A DNA stretch of 32,000 nt from NCBI GenBank assembly GCA_003021015.1, contig PXRK01000040.1, forward strand, positions 60,358-92,357, read 5' to 3'. The translations under genes were made by a program, and so were the position numbers. The first letter of the stretch is position 1. Each line of letters opens with the position of its first letter. Positions 23,620-32,000 of this stretch are shown here, piece after piece. Below the pieces are notes generated by a model that saw only the letters and a list, made by a program, of their open reading frames with translations, ran no database searches and had not been told where the DNA came from. The DNA comes from Halobacteriales archaeon QS_4_66_20. Lineage in GTDB: Archaea; Halobacteriota; Halobacteria; Halobacteriales; Haloarculaceae.

Positions 23620-26055
23620 ATGGTCCAGCAATCAATCGAGATATCGGGAATGTCCTGCGCGACGTGCTCGGGAAACATCGAGGAGGCAGTGAAATCGCTG
23701 GACGGCGTCGATGAGGTCAGCGCCAACTTCGCCAGCGACGAGGCGCTGGTCACGTACAACCCGGCCGAAACCGACGTCGAGGCGGTCTACGAGGCCATCG
23801 AGGACGCCGGGTACGAGCCGGTGCGTAACGAGGAGGGTGACGGCGACATGACAGAGCAGCGCGAGCGCGCGGTCGAACGCGACCTCCGCAAGCAGCGCCG
23901 ACTCGTGCTGTTCGGGGGCGTGCTGACGGCGCCGTTCATCGTCGCGATGATCGGGATGGTCCCGGGCGTGCCGGACCTGCTGCCGGAGACGCTGTTCGGC
24001 GTCGGGTTCGGCTGGGTCGAGTTCGCCCTCGCCACGGTGTTGATGGCGACGCTCGGCCGCGAGTTCCTGGCCGGCGCGTACCGGGCGTTCGTCAACAACC
24101 GCCAGGCGAACATGGATACGCTGGTGGCGACAGGCACCAGCGCCGGCTACGTCTACAGCACCGCCGTCATCGTCGGGTTGATCCCCGAGGGCGGGCTGTA
24201 CTTCGAGGCGGTCGCGTTCATCCTGTGGTTCATCACCGTCGGCAACTGGCTGGAGGTCCGCTCGAAGGTCCGCGCGGGCGACGCCCTGCGGGAACTCCTG
24301 GAGATGGAGGCCGAGGAAGCAACGCTCCTCGTCGACGGCGAGGAGCGGACGGTGCCGCTGGACGAGGTCGAGGTCGGCGACCGACTGAGGGTCCGGCCGG
24401 GCGAGAAGATCCCCACAGACGGCGTCGTGGTCGAGGGCGAGAGCGCCGTCGACGAGTCGATGGTGACCGGCGAGTCGGTCCCCGTCGAGAAACGCGAGGA
24501 CGATCACGTGGTCGGCTCGACGATCAACGAGAACGGCGTGCTGGTCGTCGAGGCGACGAAGGTCGGCTCCGATACGGCGATCCAGCAGATCGTCAAGCGC
24601 GTCAAGGAGGCCCAGGCCAGACAGCCCGACGTCCAGCGGCTGGTCGACCGCGTCTCGGCAGTTTTCGTCCCGGCAGTGATCGTGAACGCCGTCCTCTGGG
24701 CGGTGCTGTGGGGGCTGTTCCCCGGGATACTGGCAGGATTCGTCGAGTGGTTGCCGCTGTTGGAGCCGGTGCGCGGCGGCCCCGAAGTCGCCGTCGGCGG
24801 CGGCGTGCCTGTCTTCGAGTTCTCGGTGATCGTTCTCGCCAGCGCGCTGCTGATCGCCTGCCCCTGTGCGCTCGGACTTGCGACGCCGGCCGCGACGATG
24901 GTCGGCTCGACGATCAGCGCGCGCAACGGCGTCCTGTTCAAAGGTGCCGACGTGCTCGAACGCGCACGCGGGGTCGATACTGTCGTGTTCGACAAGACCG
25001 GGACACTCACCCACGGCGAGATGGAGCTGACCGACGTCGTTCCGGCAGGGGAGTTCGAGGCCGCGGCGGCCGACGGCGGACGCGGCGACGACCCCGAGAG
25101 ACGGGGCGCCCATCCGGACGGCGGCGCACTCGTGGGCCACGACCAGGGCGCCGGGGACCTGCTGGCGGCCGCCGCAGGCGCGGAGAGCGGCAGCGAGCAC
25201 CCGCTGGCGGAGGCGGTCGTCGAGGGAGCTGAGGAGCGTGGGATCGATGTCAGCGACCCGTCAGAGTTCGAGAACGTCCCCGGACACGGCATCCGTGCGA
25301 CGGTCGACGGGCGCGAACTGCTCGTGGGCAACCGAAAGCTGCTGGGCGAGGAGGGCGTCGACCCGTCGCCTGCGGCCGCGACGATGGAACGGCTCGAACG
25401 CGAGGGCAAGACCGCGATGCTGGTCGCGATCGACGGCGACCTCGCTGGCGTGCTCGCGACAGCCGACACGGTGCGTGAGAGCGCGAAGACGACGGTCGGG
25501 GCGCTGCAGGAACGCGGCTTCGAGGTCGTCCTGCTCACCGGCGACAACGAGCGGACGGCCCGCGCGGTGGCCAAAGAGGTCGGCATCGACCTCGACAACG
25601 TCCACGCGGAGGTGTTGCCGGAGGACAAGGCCGAGGCCGTCGAGGAAATCCAGGCCGACGGGACCCGCGCGATGATGGTCGGCGACGGCGTCAACGACGC
25701 GCCCGCGCTGACGACGGCCTACGTCGGCGCCGCCATCGGGAGCGGCACGGACGTCGCCATCGAGAGCGCGGACGTGACGCTCATGCGCGACGACCCGGCG
25801 GACGTCCTGAAAGTGATGAACGTCTCCGAGGCGACGATCCGGAAGGTCCACCAGAACCTCTTCTGGGCGCTGGGGTACAACGCGACGCTGCTCCCGGTGG
25901 CCTCGCTCGGGTTGCTCAACCCCGCGCTGGCGGGGCTGGCGATGGCCGCCTCCAGCGTCTCGGTGATGACCAACAGCCTCTCGTTCGTCAGCTACGACCC
26001 CCACGAGGAGTACGTGTTCCTCCCGTTCCGGCCGATCAGGCTGCTCCGCTCGTGA
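23620..26055 (+). CDS. copA: Heavy-metal (Cu+) translocating P1B-type ATPase
   Basis: It has the HMA domain GMSCATCSG, the TM CPC motif [12 protein letters not shown], the phosphorylation site DKTGTLT, and the hinge [10 protein letters not shown]. Confidence 0.92.
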   Translation: MVQQSIEISGMSCATCSGNIEEAVKSLDGVDEVSANFASDEALVTYNPAETDVEAVYEAIEDAGYEPVRNEEGDGDMTEQRERAVERDLRKQRRLVLFGGVLTAPFIVAMIGMVPGVPDLLPETLFGVGFGWVEFALATVLMATLGREFLAGAYRAFVNNRQANMDTLVATGTSAGYVYSTAVIVGLIPEGGLYFEAVAFILWFITVGNWLEVRSKVRAGDALRELLEMEAEEATLLVDGEERTVPLDEVEVGDRLRVRPGEKIPTDGVVVEGESAVDESMVTGESVPVEKREDDHVVGSTINENGVLVVEATKVGSDTAIQQIVKRVKEAQARQPDVQRLVDRVSAVFVPAVIVNAVLWAVLWGLFPGILAGFVEWLPLLEPVRGGPEVAVGGGVPVFEFSVIVLASALLIACPCALGLATPAATMVGSTISARNGVLFKGADVLERARGVDTVVFDKTGTLTHGEMELTDVVPAGEFEAAAADGGRGDDPERRGAHPDGGALVGHDQGAGDLLAAAAGAESGSEHPLAEAVVEGAEERGIDVSDPSEFENVPGHGIRATVDGRELLVGNRKLLGEEGVDPSPAAATMERLEREGKTAMLVAIDGDLAGVLATADTVRESAKTTVGALQERGFEVVLLTGDNERTARAVAKEVGIDLDNVHAEVLPEDKAEAVEEIQADGTRAMMVGDGVNDAPALTTAYVGAAIGSGTDVAIESADVTLMRDDPADVLKVMNVSEATIRKVHQNLFWALGYNATLLPVASLGLLNPALAGLAMAASSVSVMTNSLSFVSYDPHEEYVFLPFRPIRLLRS

Positions 26056-26189
26056 GTGGTGCTGATACTCCCGGCTGCAGGTCCGAGACGATCCTCCAAA
26101 ACTTATGACGAGGTGGATCGAACGCAACGCCATGAGAACGCTGGGACGTATCGGCACCGAACGAGTGTGCGGACGGCCGGACTGCCGGA

Positions 26190-26759
26190 GTGGCGACGAT
26201 GACGAGCGTTGACGACCTCTGGTTTCTCGGCGACGAAGCCCTCCAGGTGGCCGAACAGACGTATCACCGCCTCACCGAGCAGTACGGCGGATTCCTCGAA
26301 TACGAGACGACGAAACGGGTATCCCGCGATCGGTTCCGGACGGTCGCAGGGCGGATCAAGGACAACGGCGCCCCCTACGGCGCACACACCATCCCCTACA
26401 GGGAAGACGGATCGATCCTCCTGGTTCGCCACGATCCGATCGACCTCTGGGTGTTGCCGGGCGGGGAGACTGACGGCAACGAGACGTTCCGCGAGGCCGC
26501 AGCGCGCGAACTGAGCGAGGAGGCCGGGATAGCCGTCACTTACGAGGGGCTCGCGCTGCTCGGTCGCGTCCGCTTCGAGTCCGGCGATCACCGGACCTGG
26601 GGCGTTCTTCCCATCTTCGAGGCGGCGGCGGAGACGACCGAGCCGTCGGTCGACGATCCGGACCGCGAAATCACCCGAGCGCGGTGGTTCAAAGAGCTGC
26701 CGGCGGACACGCGCGACCGGGAGCAGCTTCGCTCCTGGCGCGAGCGGCGGTTCGACTAG
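26190..26759 (+). CDS. NUDIX hydrolase
   Basis: The Nudix box is GGETDGNETFREAAARELSEEAGI. The start is GTG 26190 or ATG 26199. Confidence 0.85.
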   Translation: MATMTSVDDLWFLGDEALQVAEQTYHRLTEQYGGFLEYETTKRVSRDRFRTVAGRIKDNGAPYGAHTIPYREDGSILLVRHDPIDLWVLPGGETDGNETFREAAARELSEEAGIAVTYEGLALLGRVRFESGDHRTWGVLPIFEAAAETTEPSVDDPDREITRARWFKELPADTRDREQLRSWRERRFD

Positions 26760-27610
26760 GTCTCCGAGTCGTCGCCGGCGTCCGAGTCCGGGCCGTGGGA
26801 GACGCCGTCGCGTTCCTCCGCACGCCGGCGCCTGATAGCAGCCCTGGCGTTTCCCGCTTCGTAGCCGAACAGGACGGCGGTCCCGTACGCTTCGGCGACC
26901 TCCGCCGCGTGGATCAGGTTATCGACGTCGATGTTGATCGCGTACAGTTCGATACTGAACGGCACCGGGAGACGGTCCTCGAAGCCGCTCGCGATCACTT
27001 CGATCCAGTAGGTCGTCTCGTAGGCCATGTCGTAGACGGGGACGACGAACTCGTCGACGTACTCCGAGAGGGCGTCGACGCCGATGCCGCTGCGGCGTTC
27101 CAGGTGGCCCGGATACGGGTCCGGATACAGCGTCATGTACAGCCGACCAGGAACCCGCTCGCGCGCCTCCCGGACGAACTCCGTGATGACGTTCGTCCGC
27201 CAGGCCTGCCGGTCGTCGAACTCGCTGGCCTCGAATCGTCGGGTGCAGCGCTCGCAGTGGCAGTACTCTTGGCGCGGGAAGCCAACGTCGTCGAGGCGGA
27301 CGTCCTCGTTTGCCGCCGCCGCGTCCTCGATCATCTCCAGGATGCCGGTACGATACTCCTGGTGGGTCGGACAGACGTAGTCCCAGTCGAAGTACGGCCG
27401 CTCCCGGGTGGCGCGCTCGCCGTCCGCGCTCACCGGCACGACGTCCGGGTTGCCCTCCGCGGCGGCGTTGTCGCCGAAACAGGAGATCATGTTCACTGCG
27501 CTGGCGACTGGTTCGGTAGCGCGGCCGGTCACGTCTTTCGTCTCGAAGAACGCCCGGTCGAACTCCGCCCAGGAGAGTTCCTCTTCGTTGCGCGTCACGA
27601 CGCCGTACAT
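26756..27610 (-). CDS. Conserved-looking hypothetical protein (284 aa), possible TIM-barrel hydrolase-like fold
   Basis: It is an acidic protein with the Cys/His cluster YVCPTH...YCHCERC. Its ATG lies 6 nt downstream of the rhomboid stop on the same strand. I recognise no confident family. Confidence 0.6.
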   Translation of the reverse strand: MYGVVTRNEEELSWAEFDRAFFETKDVTGRATEPVASAVNMISCFGDNAAAEGNPDVVPVSADGERATRERPYFDWDYVCPTHQEYRTGILEMIEDAAAANEDVRLDDVGFPRQEYCHCERCTRRFEASEFDDRQAWRTNVITEFVREARERVPGRLYMTLYPDPYPGHLERRSGIGVDALSEYVDEFVVPVYDMAYETTYWIEVIASGFEDRLPVPFSIELYAINIDVDNLIHAAEVAEAYGTAVLFGYEAGNARAAIRRRRAEERDGVSHGPDSDAGDDSET

Positions 27611-27616
27611 GTCACG

Positions 27617-28249
27617 CTACCCGGCGACTCCCGCTCGCGGCGCCGCGGGGTCGACGTTCAGCACGCGCATCCGACCCGCGAGCAGGCCGAACAGGAGGCC
27701 AGTAAAGTGTGCGATCAGTGCGACGCCGGGGCTGGCGGTCAGCACCGTGACCGCGGCTGCCACGATGGTGAACACCAGAATCGAGAGCCAGAACGGGATC
27801 TGGACGAAGCCCGCGACGCCGGTCGAGAGGCGGTTGCTGGCGAGCAGGTAGCCCAGGAGTGCGAACACCGCGCCGCTGGCGCCCAGCACGCCCGCCGTGG
27901 CGTCGGCGCCGATGACGGGGAACCCCGCCAGCGCGTCGCTGATGACGATCTGCGAGACGCCCGCCAGCGCCCCGCTGACGATGAAAAACAGGTGAAATCG
28001 GGTGCGGGTTGTCGCCCTCGCGACGGGCCAGCCGAACAGCACGAGGGCGATTGCGTTCGAGACCAGATGTCCGATACCCCCGTGAGCGTAGACGCTGGTC
28101 ACGACCGTCCACGGGTTCTCGGTGATCGGCGGCGAAAGGATGAACAGCGCACCCAGGAGGTCAGCGAGCGCAGTCACGACCTGTGCGACGTAGACGAGGA
28201 TGAACAGCAGGAGGACTTCGAGTATCGGGCTCCCCGATCGGTCAACCAT
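27617..28249 (-). CDS. Rhomboid-family intramembrane serine protease
   Basis: It has HGGIGHLVSNAIAL and the catalytic GASGAVFALLGY, with multiple TM segments. Start at MVDRSGSPILE; the longer track ORF runs into the MITE nest. Confidence 0.85.
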   Translation of the reverse strand: MVDRSGSPILEVLLLFILVYVAQVVTALADLLGALFILSPPITENPWTVVTSVYAHGGIGHLVSNAIALVLFGWPVARATTRTRFHLFFIVSGALAGVSQIVISDALAGFPVIGADATAGVLGASGAVFALLGYLLASNRLSTGVAGFVQIPFWLSILVFTIVAAAVTVLTASPGVALIAHFTGLLFGLLAGRMRVLNVDPAAPRAGVAG

Positions 28250-28295
28250 ACGACTAGTAGGGCTGATTCGTTCATTATACTGTCGGATGTGACTC

Positions 28296-28358
28296 TGTGG
28301 ATTATGACTGTTTACCGGGTCGACCACACGACTGCGTGCGGTCGATTCCGGAACGACG
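28296..28358. repeat. Family-A short variant, degenerate copy lacking intact TIRs
   Basis: gactgtttaccgggtcgacc...ggtcgattccggaacgac matches the arms of 11617-11698 in inverted orientation (37 of 38 arm positions). Confidence 0.6.
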
Positions 28359-28359
28359 C

Positions 28360-28470
28360 ATAGTGATTGTTGTGAGTATTTTCGGCACCACATCGCAGTA
28401 GCGGCGGTTTCACGGCCCGAAACTGGCGTCTGGCGAATACCCGGCGGTAAAGAGTCACAACAATCACTAT
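28360..28470. mobile_element. Family-A MITE-like element, full 111-bp copy (forward orientation), nested
   Basis: It runs atagtgattgttgtgagt...gagtcacaacaatcactat. A further partial TIR, atagtgattgt, follows at 28472-28482. Confidence 0.75.
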
Positions 28471-28578
28471 CATAGTGATTGTATCACCATGACGTGTCAC
28501 AGAGTCACGTCCGGGTGTATATGAGACCGAAACCAACTTTGATTAGTCCCGGTGTCGAACTCACAGAGAGGGAAGACG

Positions 28579-29718
28579 ATGGATATTGCTGACATAGCTA
28601 CTCCGGAGTACGTGGAGATCGACGCCGACAAGCGCCTCTCGAAAGTTCGATCGATCTTCGAGCGCGAGAACCCCAAGGGGATTGTCGTCACGGAGGACGG
28701 CGAGTATGCGGGCATCATCAACCAGAAACAGCTGCTGCAGTCACATATCCAGGACGATGCGAAAGTCCGCGGGATGATCCGCTCGGCGCCGCGGGTCAAC
28801 CGCCGCGACGACGTCCGCGAGGTCGCTCGCGTGCTGGTCGAGAGCGGAGCGAAGCTGGCTCCCGTCTTCGAGGGCGATAATCTCTGGGGCGTCGTGACCG
28901 AGGACGCCATCTTGGAGGCGGTGCTAGAGAACCTCGACGCACTCGACGTCTCGGAGATCTACACCGACGACATCGTGACCGTCACGACGGACACGAGCAT
29001 CGGGACAGTGATCAACCGCCTGCGCGAGCACGGCGTCTCCCGGCTGCCGGTGCTCGACGACAACGGCCAGCTAACCGGCATGGTCACCACCCACGACATC
29101 GCCGACTTCGCCGTCCGTAACATGGAGCGCCAGCAGAAAGGCGACCGCTCGGGCGACATCGACCGGATTCTCGACATCCGCGTATACGACATCATGAACA
29201 GCCCGGTCGAGACGACCACGCCGACCGAATCGGTCCGGGACGCCGTCACGCGGATGCTCGACAACGACTACGCTGGACTCGTGGTCACACCCGAGGACGA
29301 CGGGACCGTCGTGGGCATCATCACGAAGACGGACGTGATGCGCGCGCTGACGTTCACAGAGGAGGAGCACCTGGACGTCCAGATCACGAACATCACGCTG
29401 CTGGACGCGATCACGCGCGACGAGATCCGCCAGCGCATCGAGGGCGTCTCCGAAAAGTACCAGAAGATGCACGTTCAGCACGCCCACGTCCGCTTTCACA
29501 AGCACAAGGAACGGCTGCGGGGCACGCCACTGATCCAGTGTCAGATCCGGCTGCGGACGAACCGCGGGCAGGTCGCCGGCTCCGGCGAGGGGTACGGCGC
29601 CGACGCCGCGTTCGGGGTGGCGATCGACAAACTCGAACGGCGCGTGCTCGAACTCAAGGGCGTCCAGGCCGACGAAGAGTACCGCGGCCAGCTGCTCCGG
29701 AAGCTGGGCGAACTCTGA
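28579..29718 (+). CDS. Four-CBS-domain protein fused to an HPF/RaiA-like (S30AE) C-terminal domain
   Basis: Four CBS-like repeats occupy residues ~12-265 of the track ORF. The C-terminal part is LDVQITNI..DEIRQRIEGVSEKY..AHVRFHKHKE..QCQIRLRTNRGQVAGSGEGYGADAAFGVAIDKLERRVLELKG. It aligns by eye, element by element, with E. coli HPF as I remember it (QLNITG..., ...AAIDGLIDKLARQLTKHK). Start at MDIADIATPEY. Confidence 0.8.
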   Translation: MDIADIATPEYVEIDADKRLSKVRSIFERENPKGIVVTEDGEYAGIINQKQLLQSHIQDDAKVRGMIRSAPRVNRRDDVREVARVLVESGAKLAPVFEGDNLWGVVTEDAILEAVLENLDALDVSEIYTDDIVTVTTDTSIGTVINRLREHGVSRLPVLDDNGQLTGMVTTHDIADFAVRNMERQQKGDRSGDIDRILDIRVYDIMNSPVETTTPTESVRDAVTRMLDNDYAGLVVTPEDDGTVVGIITKTDVMRALTFTEEEHLDVQITNITLLDAITRDEIRQRIEGVSEKYQKMHVQHAHVRFHKHKERLRGTPLIQCQIRLRTNRGQVAGSGEGYGADAAFGVAIDKLERRVLELKGVQADEEYRGQLLRKLGEL

Positions 29719-29734
29719 TACTGTCAGACGCGAC
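29718..29734. repeat. Solo family-B-like terminus overlapping the stop codon
   Basis: ctctgATACTGTCAGACGCGAC matches 13 of the first 15 nt of the 3622 terminus. It lies in the 32-bp convergent spacer. Confidence 0.35.
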
Positions 29735-29750
29735 GACCGAGAGGCGCGGA

Positions 29751-31094
29751 TCAGACGCCAGCTGCTTTTTCTGCCTCGACCTGGACGATGTAGGAGCGAT
29801 CGTCGGCGTACTTTGCCGCCGTTTCGAGCGCCTTCTGGGTTCCGATCTGGTTGAGCGCCCAGGCCGCACTCGCGCGAACGCTGTCGTCCTCGTCCTCGTC
29901 GAGCACGTCACCCAGCGGTTCGATGGCGCGGGTGTCGCCGATCATCCCCAGCGCGCGGGCTGCGGCGGACCGGATCGACGGGTCGTCGGCTGCGAGCCGC
30001 TGGGCGACCGGCTCCGTCGACTCCTCGCTCCCGATGGCGCCCAGCGCCCGGAGCGAGACCTGTTCGAGCCCGACGTCGCCGCCCCCGAGGAAGTCGGCCA
30101 GCGTGTCGCAGGCCCGTTCGTCGGCGATCCGACCGAGAATCCGTACTGGCTGCTTGTTGCGCCGCTGGGCCAGCGCGTGGACGGGCTCGTAGGCCGCCGT
30201 CGGCGCCTCGTGCTCGATGCTGTCGAGGATGTTGTCCTCCATGAAATCGGAGTCGAGTTTCTCCATCGCCGACAGGATCGGCTCGAACTCGCCGGCCTTC
30301 TCGTAGAGCTTGATCGCGGACCACTCTGGCGGGAAGTCCTTCCGGGTTTCGGGGTCGAGCACGTCGTAAAACCCCTCGCGGCGGAGCTGTTCGCGCACCT
30401 CCAGGTCGCTCCAGATCTGCGCGTCGTCCAGGTCCGAGGAGAGGTTCTCCGTGGCGACCAGCAACGAGTCGATCGTTTCGGCGTCGTCGTCGGGGTCCAG
30501 CGGCGTCTCGTTCACCGCATCCTTCACGCTCGCGAGCGCCATCGCGGCGTCGGCGGGCGTCTCCGCGTCGTAGGCGAACGTCTCGTCGAGTGTGTCGCCG
30601 ACGCGTTCGACGTACTTCCCGACTGCGTCGACGACCGAGTCGGCGCCCTCTTTCGTCCATTCGCTGTCCTCGATCGTCGAGACGGCGTCGTCCAGCGCGT
30701 CGGTGACGTCCTCGCGGTACGGGCCGCGCTGGTCCTCGACATCGGCCCGGAGGTCGTCGAGGCGGTCCTCGAACTCGTCGCGGGGGTTCGCCTCCTCCGA
30801 TTCTTCCGCCTCGTCCTCGTCCTCCTCGGCTTCGTCCGCCTCGTCCTCCTCGGCTTCGTCCGCCTCGTCCTCGATTTCGACGGCGAAGACGGCGTCCTCG
30901 AGGTCGGCCTCGATCTCGTCGAGCGTGGTCTCGACTCTGTCGAGGTCGTCCTCGGTCTCCGCCCGGTCGACGGCGTCGGCGGCCTCGTCGAGGCGCTCGG
31001 CGAACGGCTCGGGGTCGGCCGGTTCGGGTGGCTCGCTGCTCCCCTCGGCTGCCTCCGTCTTCTCCGCGTCTGGTTCCTCGTCCCCGTTGCTCAT
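29751..31094 (-). CDS. HEAT-repeat (PBS-lyase-type) protein with very acidic N-terminal half
   Basis: The C-terminal repeats are LRALGAIGSEESTEPVAQRLAADDPSIRSAAARALGMIGDTRAIEPLGDVLDEDEDDSVRASAAWALNQIG. The N-terminus is Asp/Glu-rich, with a 24-bp tandem duplication encoding EDEADEAE. Confidence 0.8.
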   Translation of the reverse strand: MSNGDEEPDAEKTEAAEGSSEPPEPADPEPFAERLDEAADAVDRAETEDDLDRVETTLDEIEADLEDAVFAVEIEDEADEAEEDEADEAEEDEDEAEESEEANPRDEFEDRLDDLRADVEDQRGPYREDVTDALDDAVSTIEDSEWTKEGADSVVDAVGKYVERVGDTLDETFAYDAETPADAAMALASVKDAVNETPLDPDDDAETIDSLLVATENLSSDLDDAQIWSDLEVREQLRREGFYDVLDPETRKDFPPEWSAIKLYEKAGEFEPILSAMEKLDSDFMEDNILDSIEHEAPTAAYEPVHALAQRRNKQPVRILGRIADERACDTLADFLGGGDVGLEQVSLRALGAIGSEESTEPVAQRLAADDPSIRSAAARALGMIGDTRAIEPLGDVLDEDEDDSVRASAAWALNQIGTQKALETAAKYADDRSYIVQVEAEKAAGV

Positions 31095-31214
31095 GTGTCA
31101 ACGTGTGGCTGTTCGCGCCAAAGGCGTTTCCATTAACGTGCATGGGCCACGGCGACCCGCTGACCAGCGGGGACAGCGTCTCCCCACCCGGGGAGTCCTC
31201 GCCGATGGGATTAG

Positions 31215-31718
31215 GTGTCGGGCGCGCGAACTCCGGACGTGGACGAGCACACGCGGGACCCGTCGGTTGACGGTCCGTCCGGCAGTCCGACCGGGTGGCT
31301 CCCCGAGGAGGGCCGCTGGGAACACGACACGCTGCGGCGGGCCGTCGTCCACGGCGTCCGCCTGTACAACGCCGGCGCGTTCCATGAATCGCATGACTGC
31401 TTTGAATCAGAGTGGTACAACTACGGGAGCGGGACCACCGAGAGCGCCTTCCTTCACGGGATGGTGCAGGTCGCCGCGGGGGCCTACAAGCAGTACGACT
31501 TCGGAGACGACGACGGGATGCGGAGCCTCTTTCAGACGGCTCTCCAGTATCTTCAGGGCGTCCCCAACGATTACTACGGCGTCGACGTGCTCGACGTGCG
31601 GACGGCACTCACGAACGCATGCGCGGACCCGGCCTCACTCGACGGCTGGCGCATCCGGCTGGACCGGGACACACCTGTCGCGACGGCAGCGGATCACGAG
31701 TTCGTCCGCGAGCGATGA
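31215..31718 (+). CDS. DUF309-domain protein
   Basis: [22 protein letters not shown]...[13 protein letters not shown] matches the DUF309 signature helix pair. The GTG start is uncertain. Confidence 0.7.
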   Translation: MSGARTPDVDEHTRDPSVDGPSGSPTGWLPEEGRWEHDTLRRAVVHGVRLYNAGAFHESHDCFESEWYNYGSGTTESAFLHGMVQVAAGAYKQYDFGDDDGMRSLFQTALQYLQGVPNDYYGVDVLDVRTALTNACADPASLDGWRIRLDRDTPVATAADHEFVRER

Positions 31719-31921
31719 GCCGTTCACACGTGAGAATATACCCTTTCGAACACCTGGACACTCCTTGATGAATGATCTGTGATATGGATCGTAAGTTTCA
31801 CTTGCGCTGGTCTCTTGGAGAATTAGTCGAAATCGGACCTGAAGGGTTTATTATATAAACGGAACTGGATAAATTAGCTTTATGAGCGAGCGCATTCAAT
31901 CATCCGAGAGAGGTGAAAACG

Positions 31922-32000
31922 ATGCGACTCGAAGGCCGTACATGTCTGGTTACTGGTGCATCGAAGGGAATTGGGCGAGGGATCGCCGAGGAGATCGGCG
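31922..32000 (+). CDS. Short-chain dehydrogenase/reductase (SDR), first 26 codons only
   Basis: MRLEGRTCLVTGASKGIGRGIAEEIG contains the TGxxxGxG cofactor motif. The ORF runs off the right edge and lies in AT-rich sequence. Confidence 0.6.
   Translation, partial: MRLEGRTCLVTGASKGIGRGIAEEIG

Larger units (their letters stand above)
28277..28520. mobile_element. Family-B element (244 bp) containing three family-A pieces
   Basis: The left end is atactgtcggatgtgactctgtg. The reverse complement of the right end is atacacccggacgtgactctgtg, with 15 nt (gtgactctgtg plus the terminal atac) identical. Confidence 0.7.

Noticed and set aside
23478-23759. Two 78-aa ORFs (+ and -) in the AT-rich larC-copA spacer
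   Set aside because: They overlap the larC end and the copA start. Their hydrophobic or basic composition is atypical for this proteome. They are most likely chance ORFs in AT-rich DNA.
23632-25200. A 522-aa minus-strand ORF, and several 300-400-aa ORFs in other frames over copA
   Set aside because: copA carries every P1B-ATPase signature in the + frame. The others are GC-driven shadows.
26062-26085. A possible degenerate family-B terminus after the copA stop (gCTGATACTcccggctgcagg)
   Set aside because: Only about the first 10 nt resemble the B terminus. It lacks the GACGTGA core and has no partner end.
26684-28363. A 559-aa plus-strand ORF across the hypothetical and rhomboid genes
   Set aside because: It is antisense to a rhomboid with catalytic GASG and HxxxN motifs. 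It is basic and low-complexity, and it runs into MITE sequence.
28250-28393. An N-terminal extension of the rhomboid ORF (track start 28393)
   Set aside because: The extra 48 codons are encoded by MITE sequence (family B and family A pieces). The internal ATG at 28249 precedes the first TM helix.
29538-31608. Two large overlapping ORFs: 29538..31136 (+) of 532 aa and 29908..31608 (-) of 566 aa
   Set aside because: Both overlap the HEAT-repeat gene frame, which is acidic with canonical HEAT repeats. Their translations are Arg-rich low-complexity sequence.
1-32000. A search by eye for tRNA, rRNA, RNase P/SRP RNA and cas genes
   Set aside because: No T-loop-like GTTCRAATC context with matching acceptor stems was seen. 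No rRNA-like conserved blocks and no Cas-like proteins appear in any frame. Absence is stated with moderate confidence only, since no covariance-model scan could be run.

Overview
This is a GC-rich (roughly 65-67% GC by eye) chromosomal segment that looks haloarchaeal (class Halobacteria). The evidence is very acidic proteins, a HalX-type response regulator, a Bat-type PAS/GAF/HTH_10 regulator, a PccB-PccX-PccA carboxylase operon with birA, and TATA-like boxes about 25-28 nt upstream of several start codons (leaderless-type spacing). No species can be named without a database search. I support about 33 protein genes. These cover housekeeping metabolism, a two-component/regulator cluster at 15.3-19.5 kb, and metal/phosphate genes (PiT, LarC, CopA). 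There is also a cluster of small zinc-ribbon proteins, and a rhomboid protease. I found no rRNA, tRNA or cas genes. Both window edges (1-~830 and 31719-32000) drop to about 40% GC. The ORF track misses a 251-codon Tat-lipoprotein ORF at 1-753 (-) because it has no stop in the window. The main unexplained structure is at least ten full or partial copies of three related families of short non-coding elements bounded by terminal inverted repeats (MITE-like). Family A is 111 bp with TIR ATAGTGATTGTTGTGA. Family B is 185-270 bp with TIR ATAC-NNN-CGGACGTGA. Family C is 110 bp with TIR ATACTGGTGGCTGTAA. They sit in nearly every larger intergenic gap, are nested inside one another at three loci, overlap the stop codons of four genes, and bracket a decayed histidine-kinase fragment. 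Other notable points are listed below.
- A 1-kb cassette (truncated VOC gene plus a Cys-rich HNH protein) is bracketed by 62-bp direct repeats that duplicate the PiT promoter and first 7 codons.
- A four-CBS protein is fused to an HPF/RaiA-like ribosome-hibernation domain.
- A TrmB-family regulator is frameshifted.
- Near-perfect tandem DNA repeats encode the His-rich tract of LarC.
All functional calls rest on motif recognition in the supplied translations; no searches were run.
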